The position numbers and the translations under genes were made by a program. From an uncultured cyanobacterium (GTDB taxonomy: Bacteria; Cyanobacteriota; Cyanobacteriia; Cyanobacteriales; CAWUOF01), in the NCBI GenBank assembly GCA_963744145.1, contig CAVUSO010000001.1, positions 3,072,001-3,136,000 on the forward strand: DNA of 64,000 bases, written 5' to 3'. Below the pieces are notes generated by a model, which had not been told where the DNA came from, made no database searches, and saw only the letters and a list, made by a program, of their open reading frames with translations. Shown one piece after another: positions 1 through 9,647 of the stretch (the first letter of the stretch is position 1; each line of letters opens with the position of its first letter).

Positions 1-1
1 C

Positions 2-247
2 TTACTAATTATTTGTTGGCGACAAGGGGTAGTTCGTCAGACTCGCTGGCAATTTTGGCGCAATTTATATCAGATGTATCGGCATAATCCTGGTGGAATT
101 AGTAGCTATTTAGCCGTTTGCGCTCAAATTGAACATTTCCTAGAATATCGTCAAATAGTTAGAGCAGAAATTGAAACTCAAGTAGCTAATTTTCTAGAAG
201 GAGAAAGGAAGTTACAAAAAACATTATTAACTTCAGGTGTAGATTGA
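2..247 (+). CDS. 3' end of B12-binding radical SAM / DUF4070 protein (partial, runs off window)
   Basis: Manual translation LLIICWRQGVVRQTRWQFWRNLYQM...CAQIEHFLEYRQIVRAEIETQ...VD-TGA resembles the C-terminus of this cyanobacterial family. Confidence 0.75.
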   Translation, partial: LLIICWRQGVVRQTRWQFWRNLYQMYRHNPGGISSYLAVCAQIEHFLEYRQIVRAEIETQVANFLEGERKLQKTLLTSGVD

Positions 248-385
248 GATTCTTAATTTTGCGATCGGCTTTCTAGTTGAAAACTGCACCATCCTATTCC
301 TGGGCTGATCTTGCGGATACAATACAGCATCTGACCGATTGATGAATTAGACAAGAAAGCAAAAGTCCTTATTGATCAATTTATT

Positions 386-507
386 GACAGGCAAGATGCC
401 TGTCCCACCAGAAAAAATAACTTTTGTGGGACGGGCATCTTGCCCGTCCTATTTATTTTTGCTTTCTTGTCTAGTATGGTAATTGACAGGCAAGATGCCT
501 GTCCCAC
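386..507. repeat. Three REP-like palindromes GACAGGCAAGATGCCTGTCCCAC in alternating orientation
   Basis: Copies at 386-408, 426-448 (inverted, with compensatory changes) and 485-507, between convergent genes. Confidence 0.85.
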
Positions 508-651
508 TAGAGGTTGGCTCCCGATCGACAACTGCTCAAACCCCACACTAATAAGAACAAAGATTCTAACTCACTTAATTCTTGATCGGCTCGGAGTTCT
601 CTTAATGCTGCTCGCGATCGTTTTAATAATCCAGCGATAGCTTGATCAAGC

Positions 652-1953
652 TTAATTATTTCGGCGCGATCGCAATAATTTAAAACTGCACCACCCTACT
701 CCCCAACCTAAACCAATACTGAATAAGATAACTATAAATAAATTTGATAATGGCTCGACAAAAGGATAGTGGGTTTTGTCGATCTTGATCGGGTAAAATG
801 GAGTAAAATCTTTCACCAGTGAGGAAGCAGCACTAGCCGCAGCTGAAGCAGTTCCTACCCCAATACCAGCAGCAGCAATAAGGTTTTCAATGTTGCGATC
901 GCTTTCTACTTCTTCAATTTTTGTACTACCTTCGATTGAATTTATAAAGATTTCCTGGGCTTTCAAACCGGGACTAAGAGCGGCTATATCTCTTGTTATT
1001 TGCATCAGATATTTTTTAGCAGGAATCTCAGTAAAAGCTTTCAGTAAGTCAGAGTCAGTTTTGCCATTAAATCTCTCAGCTTTTTTGAGGAGACTATTTC
1101 GTCGTTCTTGGTAGTTGTAGAGATTTGTTTCTAGGGTTTGCAGTTGTACTTCTAGAAAGGTAATATATCTAGCATATTGGGAAGAAATTGCATAACTTTC
1201 TTCTAGCACTTTCTTTCGCTGGCTCAATCCTGATTGCAGGATTTCTACTTCTTTTGACTTTACTTGAATACCTGTAAAAGTTAGATCAGGAGGTAATAAA
1301 TGCTGTCTGAGAAATTTCTTAATATCCTGATGTTGACTGTTACCATAAGCCCAGAGTATTTTATTACGGTAAAGAAAGAGCTTCATCCAGTCTTGCTTAA
1401 ATTTATCGAAACTATCTAAAGCTGCTTGATCAGGATATAGGATTATTACTAAATGACTGTTTTCTTTCTCTATATCTTGCCATTGATTGGGAGGGTTCCA
1501 AAATTCATAGACAGTAGCCCCCATAAATTTTTCAGCTTTTGCAGGTTCGGTAAATTCGCCAATATTCAGTGATTTTGCTGCTTCTACTGCTAGTTCTTCG
1601 GATACCCAGCTATCCCAAAATGAAGGGATAACTCCCAAGATCATCCAGGTTTTCCCCAATTTATTTTCAGGGACTATTTTTATCTTTTCCGCTACTACTT
1701 GCTCCTTCAGAATTTTATTTTTAAGTTCTGCCAAACAGGTGATATCCTTCGGATGGATATTGTCTCCATCGTTCACTGAATACAATGCTAATAAGCTGTC
1801 AGTATCACCTAAAGAAGACGAATAACAGAATCCGTCAATGAGATATTCCTTAACAAGTTCTTTGGCTACAGGAATTAATTGGTCTTTTTGTTTAATACCG
1901 TCATTGAGGTGATAGAAAAATAACCCGAGATGGGGATAGATTAACTGTTTCAT
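652..1953 (-). CDS. Hypothetical protein with long helical/coiled-coil region and two C-terminal hydrophobic segments (CorA/CATRA-like architecture)
   Basis: ATG at 1953 overlaps upstream stop (ATGA); hydrophobic LIAAAGIGVGTASAAAS and LFIVILFSIGLGWGVGW. Confidence 0.75.
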   Translation of the reverse strand: MKQLIYPHLGLFFYHLNDGIKQKDQLIPVAKELVKEYLIDGFCYSSSLGDTDSLLALYSVNDGDNIHPKDITCLAELKNKILKEQVVAEKIKIVPENKLGKTWMILGVIPSFWDSWVSEELAVEAAKSLNIGEFTEPAKAEKFMGATVYEFWNPPNQWQDIEKENSHLVIILYPDQAALDSFDKFKQDWMKLFLYRNKILWAYGNSQHQDIKKFLRQHLLPPDLTFTGIQVKSKEVEILQSGLSQRKKVLEESYAISSQYARYITFLEVQLQTLETNLYNYQERRNSLLKKAERFNGKTDSDLLKAFTEIPAKKYLMQITRDIAALSPGLKAQEIFINSIEGSTKIEEVESDRNIENLIAAAGIGVGTASAAASAASSLVKDFTPFYPIKIDKTHYPFVEPLSNLFIVILFSIGLGWGVGWCSFKLLRSRRNN

Positions 1954-2411
1954 ATAGTAGCAAATAGGTATGTTAACCAGTGCCACCAAGGTTGATCACT
2001 AGAATTTTTGTCGGATGTTTGAATGGCTTGAGTAGTGACTTTTGCTTTTAGTTCTTTAGCTCCATCTACAGAGAGTACAGATTTTGACAAAGACACATTT
2101 TCTACTTCTGCATTTTCTAAATCGGGACTCCGTTGTTTTTCGAGGGTAAGACTCATAACTCTCATAACTTTAGTGCGGGTCGTTTTGGTATTTGTCAATC
2201 CTTGCTGTGCTTCCTGATATAATTTACCCAATGGTTCAAATTTATCTGCAATATTTATCAGGTTATCTATGCTTGTTTTCGAGTTAGTCTCTAGATCGCG
2301 GGTTGCTTCTTCTATCTGCTGCTGAATTTCGTCAGGAAGTGGTGACTCTTGCTGAGAAAGAGCGCCGATAAAAGCTAGTAAATCTTTAATATCTGTTGGG
2401 TTGGTAATCAT
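1950..2411 (-). CDS. Hypothetical 153-aa helical protein, middle gene of CHAT operon
   Basis: Starts 1 nt after CHAT stop; its stop overlaps the next start. Confidence 0.75.
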   Translation of the reverse strand: MITNPTDIKDLLAFIGALSQQESPLPDEIQQQIEEATRDLETNSKTSIDNLINIADKFEPLGKLYQEAQQGLTNTKTTRTKVMRVMSLTLEKQRSPDLENAEVENVSLSKSVLSVDGAKELKAKVTTQAIQTSDKNSSDQPWWHWLTYLFATI

Positions 2412-2412
2412 G

Positions 2413-3532
2413 TTACTCAGGAATTTTGCCTGTAATTATAAAACCTGCCCAGTAGTAAAAATCGCTGTAGGGTTGATAATCATATCCCTTTTCTTCTGCA
2501 TCTTTGACCACTTTAGCAAGTAGGGCTTGTGAATTTCCCCGGCAACGGCGATCGCTGCTAACATCGAGGATGAGTTTATTATACCATTGGATTAGCCGAT
2601 CGCAGGTAACAGTGCGGAGCCAATCTTGAGCTGCTTTTAACGCAGCGGGGGGTGTGAGCTTTTCGGTGAGCAATAATTGATAGAATTTCACCATAATTAC
2701 CGCACTGCTACTGTCTTCAACGCTCCAGAGAGTGCTGACAACATAAGTTGCACCGATCGCTAAGAATCCACTGGTTAAACCGATGAATTCGTCTAGTAAA
2801 TCTTTAGTGCTGGTTAAACCTGTTTCGCAAGCGGAAAGACACACTAGATGACAAGATGGCAATTCTTGAAGTTGGAAAATATCCTCTAAAGTTAGCAGTT
2901 TGTTGTGTAATTTTATGGCAGAATTAAGCGGGGACATTGCTCCGTCCGTGCCAGGCATGATGGAATTTGGGGTCGAGTTCTATGGCTTGGTCGAAGGATG
3001 CGAGCGCTCCTACTAAATCTCCTGCGTAGTAACGATCTATCCCTTGATTAAATAAAGCTTTTGCATTTTCAGGAGGTTCTGGTGGTTTAGGTGGAGGAGA
3101 AATTGGTGGTGCCACATCTTTACGAGGTTCTGGTGGTTTAGGTGGAGGAGAAATTGGTGGTGCCACATTCCTTTCCAACAATTTCCGTCCAATCTTTCCC
3201 GCTAGCTCACTCACTTTCCCGTAATTCGCCTTACCCAGCAGCAACAGCCGCTCACCTAATTCCAAATTCAATTCTGGGGATGACAGCAACCTCTCGCCAA
3301 ATTCTTGCAGCCAATTTTCCCAATCAGAATCTTTAATGTTCGTGTTAATAAAAAAACCTTTAATAGAACCACGACTCCAACCACCTGCAACACCCTCCAA
3401 TAATTTCATAAACTTCTGTTCGCACTCACTAGAGGAAGGGGGTGGAGTTGTCGAAGGTGGTGGGGATTTGATGAAAATTTGCTTAATTCGCTGCCACAGG
3501 TGGCGGAGTTGTTGCCAAATGCGTTGGAACAT
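2413..3532 (-). pseudogene. TPR-CHAT (caspase-like) protein with large internal deletion and frameshift
   Basis: N-terminal part (MFQRIWQQ, ATG 3532; Pro-rich linker; one TPR) jumps out of frame near 2930 into the CHAT C-terminus (LSACETG, VVSTLWSV, YYWAGF). The His motif is absent. Confidence 0.85.
3074..3168. repeat. 51-bp-period intragenic duplication encoding VAPPISPPPKPPEP twice
   Basis: AGGTTCTGGTGGTTTAGGTGGAGGAGAAATTGGTGGTGCCACAT occurs twice. Confidence 0.9.
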
Positions 3533-3568
3533 GGTCAGAGGCGAGAGATGATATTCCCCATTATATCC

Positions 3569-4689
3569 CAATACGGTTTGGTTAATCGTAGGGGCGAAGC
3601 ATTCGGGCGACAATTGATCGCTTAAACCCATAATTTTATATCCGAATGCTTCGCCCAGGTCTTCGCCGATATCTCCCAAAACATTCTTAACTGAACCATT
3701 CTTTGCCGATATCTCCCAAAATATTCTTACCTGAACCCTACAAATATTGTCTCCTCTAGCTTGAATGCTGATTTATGATAGTCAATCTATGTGATTCATG
3801 AGCCCAGGGCAAAGCATTTCGGTCATAAATTTCGGTCGAGGCGATAATTTCTGCGCCGAAATGCTTTGCCCCTACAAATATTACAAATATGGACAAGATT
3901 TGGTTTTTGTTTCCTGAGCGCGATCGCGAATATCCACAAAATCTGCATTATCATACAGTTTGGTTAATTGTAGGGGCGAAGCATTCGGGCGACAATTAAT
4001 CAATCAAGCCCATAATTTTAGATCCGAATGCTTCGCCCATTCTTTGCCGATATCTCCCAAAATATTCTTAACTGAACCATTCTTTGCCGATATCTCCCAA
4101 AATATTCTTAACTGAACCCTACAAATATTGTCTCCTCTAGCTTGAATGCTGATTTATGATAGTCAATCTATGTGATTCATGAGCCCAGGGCAAAGCATTT
4201 CGGTCATAGATTTCGGTCGAGGCGATAATTTCTGCGCCGAAATGCTTTGCCCCTACAAAGATTATAAATATGGACAAGATTTGGTTCTTGTTTCCTGAGC
4301 GCGATCGCGAATATCCACAAAATCTGCATTATCATACAGTTTGGTTAATTGTAGGGGCGAAGCATTCGGGCGACAATTAATCAATCAAGCCCATAATTTT
4401 AGATCCGAATGCTTCGCCCATTCTTTGCCGATATCTCCCAAAATATTCTTAACTGAACCATTCTTTGCCGATATCTCCCAAAATATTCTTAACTGAACCC
4501 TACAAATATTGTCTCCTCTAGTTTGAATGCTGATTTATGATAGTCAATCTATGTGATTCATGAGCCCAGGGCAAAGCATTTCGGTCATAGATTTCGGTCG
4601 AAGCGATAATTTCTGCGCCGAAATGCTTTGCCCCTACAAAGATTACAAATATGGACAAGATTTGGTTCTTGTTTCCTGAGCGCGATCGC
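3569..4689. repeat. Three tandem ~381-bp composite units (IS4/MITE-like end, two REP doublets, 40-bp direct repeats)
   Basis: GTAGGGGCGAAGCATTCGG at 3588, 3970 and 4351. Each unit also has GGGCAAAGCATTTCGG...CCGAAATGCTTTGCCCCTACA and two copies of a 40-mer. Confidence 0.95.
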
Positions 4690-4691
4690 TT

Positions 4692-4910
4692 TTATTCTCC
4701 TACTTTTTCCAGAGGTTTTGGTTTAATTCCGCGCAAACGATAAGCTGTGACGGGATTACTGAGAATACTAGCATCAAAAGCATCATTAGCGCGATCAACT
4801 GTCTCAATAGCTGCATCCAACTTGCGGCACATTTCTTGCCAATTTTCAACAGTTTTCTGAATTATCTCTGGTGATGGTAGTTGTGGTTTATCTTTCATAG
4901 TAAGTCCCAA
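4692..4910 (-). CDS. Small hypothetical protein (likely start MKDKPQ)
   Basis: Coupled to upstream ORF; similar 3' remnants at ~5305-5400 and ~7039-7120. Confidence 0.6.
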   Translation of the reverse strand: MGLTMKDKPQLPSPEIIQKTVENWQEMCRKLDAAIETVDRANDAFDASILSNPVTAYRLRGIKPKPLEKVGE

Positions 4911-5239
4911 TCTTTTTTAGTTTCTTTGACACTAGCTTCTATAGCATCAGCAGTAGCTAATGCTTCTGCTACCGACAGATAGAATAATTCTAGCAGACCG
5001 CTATCAGCTTTGGGCTGAGATTCATGTACCCGCTGTAGGAGATTACCCACGCGATTGTAATAAGTAGTTAACCTTTCTCTCGAATTTTGGAGTTGTGTGA
5101 GAATAGTTGTTGTGTTTTCAGTCTCACCAAACCGTTCATAAATAATCAGATCTGCTCTTGTCTCCTCATCAAGCAGCTTTAGCAGTCGTCCTTGTCGAAA
5201 AAGAGCTACCAATAATGTTTCATCGGATAAACTGGCCAT
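4895..5239 (-). CDS. Hypothetical helical protein, 114 aa
   Basis: Clean ATG ORF with GGAG upstream; first gene of a coupled pair. Confidence 0.7.
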   Translation of the reverse strand: MASLSDETLLVALFRQGRLLKLLDEETRADLIIYERFGETENTTTILTQLQNSRERLTTYYNRVGNLLQRVHESQPKADSGLLELFYLSVAEALATADAIEASVKETKKDWDLL

Positions 5240-5400
5240 ACAATCAGACTTTTACTCCTAATCCACCAAGGATAATTATATTAGAAAGCAATTAATTTTA
5301 GTTTTCAGTTAACTTTTTTTGCGCCAAAGTTTCTAGCTGTTTCTTTGCTCTTTCCCGACGACGCACATAAAGCGGGCTGTTTTGTAAATCTGCTTCGGCG

Positions 5401-5584
5401 ATCGATTACTTCCAAAAACCACATTAAATCCTGTTTTTTTATTTAATAAACCCTTTAATGATGGGGTAAAAGGATCATTACCTAACAATTCTAAAACTCT
5501 TCATACCTTGTCTTGTAATTGTGGATTTTTCTTTACTAAGCGTTTAAACCTCCTTTTAAACCTTACATCTGTTGATAGAATCAT
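5401..5584 (-). pseudogene. YafQ/RelE-family toxin remnant
   Basis: MILSTDVRFKRRFKRLVKKNPQLQDKV*RVLELLGNDPFTPSLK; in-frame TGA at 5501-5503; 3' part lost; ATGA overlap with antitoxin. Confidence 0.75.
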
Positions 5585-5796
5585 TCTTCCTCATCTTCCA
5601 ATAAATAAGACTTCAATTCCTCAAAAGTCCCTTTCATTGCCGTTCCCATCTCTACAGCTTTCAAAACTTCTTGAGCATTAGCCGCAATTTCAGCTCGCCG
5701 ATTTTCAATCCGTCGTTTGCGAATTAATTCAAATAAATAATCCTGATCTTCTATTGACAAACTTTCGATCGAATCGATAATTTCTTGAAAAATCAT
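5581..5796 (-). CDS. Putative antitoxin (71 aa)
   Basis: MIFQEIIDSIESLSIEDQDYLFELIRKRRIE; acidic; directly upstream of toxin remnant. The longer ORF-track start lies inside a repeat. Confidence 0.75.
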   Translation of the reverse strand: MIFQEIIDSIESLSIEDQDYLFELIRKRRIENRRAEIAANAQEVLKAVEMGTAMKGTFEELKSYLLEDEEE

Positions 5797-5821
5797 TAGA
5801 GAGCCTCCTCTATATTCTAAT

Positions 5822-6237
5822 TCGGTTTGGTTAATTGTAGGGGCGAAGCATTCGGGCGACAATTGATCGCTTAAACCCATAATTTTAGATCCGAATGCTT
5901 CGCCCATTCTTTGCCGATATCTCCCAAAACATTCTTAACTAAACCATTCTTTGCCGATATCTCCCAAAACATTCTTAACTGAACCATTCTTTGCCGATAT
6001 CTCCCAAAATATTCGTAACTGAACCCTACAAATATTGTCTCCTCTAGTTTGAATGCTGATTTATTATAGTCAATCTATGTGATTCATGAGCCCAGGGCAA
6101 AGCATTTCGGTCATAGATTTCTGTCGAGGCGATAATTTCTGCGCCGAAATGCTTTGCCCCTACAAATATTACAAATATGGACAAGATTTGGTTCTTGTTT
6201 CCTGAGCGCGATCGCGAATATCCACAAAATCTGCATC
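5822..6237. repeat. Fourth copy of the composite unit, with three 40-bp direct repeats
   Basis: Near-identical to units at 3569-4689; 40-mer three times at ~5904-6023. Confidence 0.95.
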
Positions 6238-6267
6238 ATGGCAAAGCTACCTTTTTATACTTCGTAC

Positions 6268-6897
6268 CTATTCTCGAAAATCACGCAATCTCGCATTTTC
6301 ACCTTTTTGTGGGTCTAATTGCATAAATCGTGACAATTCTTTTACTGGAAATAACCCAAATGCTAGACTGGTTTCCGACTCTATATAACCAGTTTCAGTC
6401 AGAATATTTATAGTAATTGTTCCATGCTGATATCGCCAAACTTCAGGTACTTTTAGTTTAACATAAATTGCCATTTTATCGATCGATGAATGAGTTGTAT
6501 CAATTTCAATCGCTAAGTCAGGTGGTAGATCAACAGCTAGATCAATCTTTAATTTATTGCGAACTTTAGCTTCATTTTGAATATAAAAACATTCGTCTGC
6601 TTCTTTACCGACAGAATATGATTCTGAACGCCAAGTTGTAGATTTTAAACCGACAATTTCCAGTCCCAATTCCTCGGATAGTGCCACTAATAACCGTCCG
6701 ATAGTCCAACTATATCTTTCATGATCTGCTAATGGTGTCATTAGTTCTAAAGTTCCTCGATCGTAAGTCATGCGTAGATTGGAATGCTCGGCAAAAATAT
6801 CTAATAGTTGCTGATAGGTTTCCCAACTGACATGATGTAATAAAATCGGACTATTCGTAATTTCTTTGGTAACTGGGGGGGTATTAATCTGGATCAT
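6268..6897 (-). CDS. Uma2 (DUF820) family endonuclease, probably clipped by a late TGG>TAG change
   Basis: VSWETY, EADECFY, PPDLAIEID, VPEVWRY; frame continues FRE*VRSIKR to 6247. Confidence 0.9.
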   Translation of the reverse strand: MIQINTPPVTKEITNSPILLHHVSWETYQQLLDIFAEHSNLRMTYDRGTLELMTPLADHERYSWTIGRLLVALSEELGLEIVGLKSTTWRSESYSVGKEADECFYIQNEAKVRNKLKIDLAVDLPPDLAIEIDTTHSSIDKMAIYVKLKVPEVWRYQHGTITINILTETGYIESETSLAFGLFPVKELSRFMQLDPQKGENARLRDFRE

Positions 6898-7118
6898 AAT
6901 TTTAGGTAAATATTATTCTGACTACAAATTTAACAAAAAATTTTGCTAGTAATAAAAAAATCGTGCTATTCGGAGCAGAATATTTTGTCAATTTGCTGAG
7001 GGCGATCACTACCAATAATCCAAAGAAGTGCGATCGCTTTTATTCTCCGACTTTTTCAGTTAACTTTTTTTGCTCCAAAGCTTCTAGCTGTTTCTTTGCT
7101 CTTTCCCGACGACGCACA

Positions 7119-7431
7119 TACAGCGATTTGAGATCAAGTTAGCTACAAAGATGGTAAAATTTAGAGACGTTGCATCGGTTGGGGCTAAAATTAAGTTTTT
7201 GCCGCCCTACTCACCGGATTTATCACCAATCGAGTTATGTTGGTCAAAGTTAAAAGAAATTCTGCGTTCAGCAAAGGCACGCACATTCGAGGCTCTGGAT
7301 GAGGCAATTACCATAGCTATTAATGCTATTACTGACGAAGATGCTCTGAATTGGTTTAATCATTGTGGACGATTTTTTTAAGAATATTTAGACTTATGTT
7401 TTTGTGGTTGGTTTGATCTCAATCTGCTGTA
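7119..7431 (+). mobile_element. Internally deleted IS630-family element
   Basis: Ends TACAGCGATTTGAGATCAA / TTGATCTCAATCTGCTGTA; retains transposase C-terminus FLPPYSPDLSPIELCWSKLK (7151-7381). Confidence 0.85.
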
Positions 7432-7886
7432 GGGTGTAAATCAACATAGCAAAATGTCGAAACAATCAGATGGAGGATGTTCGCCTCATTCATTTTTTCA
7501 ATTTCTGCTTCAAACTCGAAATCTTCAAAAATATCCCGTATATTGCTAGAAAAACTATTAATATAGCTAATTAAATGCTTATCAATATTATTAGGGTTTT
7601 CTCTGAGCTTTTCAAAAGTGAGTTCAGAACGATTATGAAAGCGTTGTCCGGCTGCATCATTCAGTACATCATTCAGCATGGAGTCAGGAGCATTTTCCCA
7701 TCTCTTAGCTTCAGCTAATACCTTTTCTTTAGTTGGGGCAAGCACACAGTCAAACCGACGCAATACTGTCATTGGTAACATGACTCGTCCGTATTGCGGC
7801 GGTCGATATGGGCCACGCAATAGATCGGCAATTTGCCAGATGAAATTGGCAAGCTGGTGATGATCGGTCAAGTGGCTATTGCTCAA
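7432..7886 (-). pseudogene. hsdM: Type I restriction-modification HsdM N-terminal fragment truncated by IS630
   Basis: LANFIWQIADLLRGPYRPPQYGRVMLPMTVLRRFDCVL; ends at IS boundary; no methylase core, hsdS or hsdR. Confidence 0.85.
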
Positions 7887-9100
7887 TTTCCACATTTTAA
7901 TTGTAAAAATTTACCGATTTTTTCGACAGCGATCGCTAATATTTCTGGATGATGTACTAAAGCAAATCGCACATATCCTTCCCCAGACTTACCAAATCCA
8001 GCACCAGGTGTAACCGCAACTCCTGTAGTTTCTATTAATTTGATAGCAAATCCAATCGAGTCATTTTCCCAGACTTTTGGTAATTTTGCCCAAATATACA
8101 TGGTTGCTGGTGGTGTGTTTACTTCCCACCCAATTTGATTTAATCCTTGGATAAAAATATCTCGTCGCTGACGATAAGTTTCTACTGTGGCTTTAACTAC
8201 ATCTTGGGGACCATTAAGCGCCGCGATCGCTCCATTTAAGATCCCCTGATATTGATTAAAATCGATCGCTGCTTTGACCTGGGCTAGAGCTTTAATTATT
8301 TGCCGATTCCCCACCGCAAATCCAATCCGAAATCCCCCCATATTATAAGATTTAGACAAGGTAAAAAATTCAATCGCAACACTTTTATCTACATCTGCTT
8401 GGAAGATTGATGGCGCAATTTCCGCAGCGGTTTTATGTTCCGTCTCATAAATTAAATCAACATAAGGGAAATCATGGGCTAAAACCAAATTATGCTGCTG
8501 ACAAAACCTGACCGCTTCTTGGAAAAATGCTAAATTCGCGATCGCTGTAGTGGGATTGTGGGGATAATTCAGAACCATTAACCGTGACTGAGCTAATACA
8601 GGTTCCGGAATCTCCCCAAAAACTGGTAAAAACCCGTTTTCTGCTCGCAAAGACATGGGATAAATTTGACCATTGGCTAAATATACTCCACCCATATGAG
8701 ATGGATATCCTGGATCGAGCAGTAGCGCAAAATCACCCGGATTTAAGATCGCTAAAGGTAAATGTCCCGTACCTTCTTGAGAACCAATTAAGGTCAGCAC
8801 TTCAGTTTCTGGATCAACAGAAATCCCAAATTTCTGGAAGTACCAATCAGCCGCAGCTTGACGAAACTCTTGAGTCCGATGAAATAATAGATAACCGTGG
8901 GTACTCGGATCTCTTAAAGATGAGGCGATCGCCGCGATCGCATGATCGGGAGCAGCTAAATCGGCGGACCCTAAAGACAGATCAATCAGTTCCTGTCCCA
9001 ATCCTTTGGCTCTCGACTTAGCCCGATCCATATCAGCAAAGACATTAGCTTGTAATAATTCTAAACGTTTGGCAAATTGCATAGTTGGCGATTCAGTCAT
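7883..9100 (-). CDS. PLP-dependent class I/II aminotransferase (LL-diaminopimelate aminotransferase-like)
   Basis: NYPHNPT, HDFPY, TLSKSYNMGGFRIG, GEGYVRFAL. Confidence 0.9.
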   Translation of the reverse strand: MTESPTMQFAKRLELLQANVFADMDRAKSRAKGLGQELIDLSLGSADLAAPDHAIAAIASSLRDPSTHGYLLFHRTQEFRQAAADWYFQKFGISVDPETEVLTLIGSQEGTGHLPLAILNPGDFALLLDPGYPSHMGGVYLANGQIYPMSLRAENGFLPVFGEIPEPVLAQSRLMVLNYPHNPTTAIANLAFFQEAVRFCQQHNLVLAHDFPYVDLIYETEHKTAAEIAPSIFQADVDKSVAIEFFTLSKSYNMGGFRIGFAVGNRQIIKALAQVKAAIDFNQYQGILNGAIAALNGPQDVVKATVETYRQRRDIFIQGLNQIGWEVNTPPATMYIWAKLPKVWENDSIGFAIKLIETTGVAVTPGAGFGKSGEGYVRFALVHHPEILAIAVEKIGKFLQLKCGN

Positions 9101-9146
9101 GGTTTATGGGTCATTATCACCGATTAACCATGACAGATCAGCAATT

Positions 9147-9470
9147 TTATAAAAGAGGCTCGATCAGACTGGCCAATTTTTGTTTGGTGATGGCTCCTTC
9201 GCAGGATAACAAAATTTTCCCATCTTTGAGTAGTCGAAAAGCCGGAACACCTTCGACTTTGTATTCTTTCACTGCTTCAGGATTAACATCTACTTCCAAC
9301 TTCATTACGATCAAGCGATCGCTATATTGATCTGCGAGCCCGTTAATTAATGGGGCTGTCAAGCGACAAGGGCCACACCATTTCGCCCAAAAATAGAGCA
9401 ATACTGGTTGAGTTGCTTTTGCTAGTTCCGATTCAAACTCTTTGTCAGTAATTTCGATCACGCTAGTCAT
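9147..9470 (-). CDS. Thioredoxin family protein
   Basis: WAKWCGPC; ATG at 9470. Confidence 0.92.
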   Translation of the reverse strand: MTSVIEITDKEFESELAKATQPVLLYFWAKWCGPCRLTAPLINGLADQYSDRLIVMKLEVDVNPEAVKEYKVEGVPAFRLLKDGKILLSCEGAITKQKLASLIEPLL

Positions 9471-9599
9471 CACTACCTTCCTTGGCAAAACCCATCTTAA
9501 TTATGTTAGAGTTTTTTAGGTTAAACAAGATTTTTGATTATTAGACTTAGTTCAAAAAATTATTACATTTAGAATAGCTTTAATCAAAAATTGGGCTCA

Positions 9600-9630
9600 G
9601 ACCAAGAGTAATCACCATCCTCTTGGTCTT
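9600..9630 (-). terminator. Hairpin after distal vipp1 copy
   Basis: GACCAAGAG-loop-CTCTTGGTC; a related AAGACCAA...TTGGTCTT hairpin follows the other copy at 10502-10539. Confidence 0.55.
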
Positions 9631-9647
9631 AATTGTGATCATTAATC

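Noticed and set aside
440..640. 66-aa ORF
   Set aside because: TTG start inside REP palindromes; RQDACPT is repeat translation
3533..3679. N-terminal extensions GEAFG..IMGLSDQLSPECFAPT on ORFs 2924-3679 and 5581-5907, and ORF 48549-48749
   Set aside because: These are read-through translations of the REP repeat; better starts exist at 3532 and 5796
3569..6237. CRISPR array interpretation of the periodic repeats
   Set aside because: Intervening sequences are near-identical rather than unique spacers, the 40-mers are contiguous, and no cas genes are present
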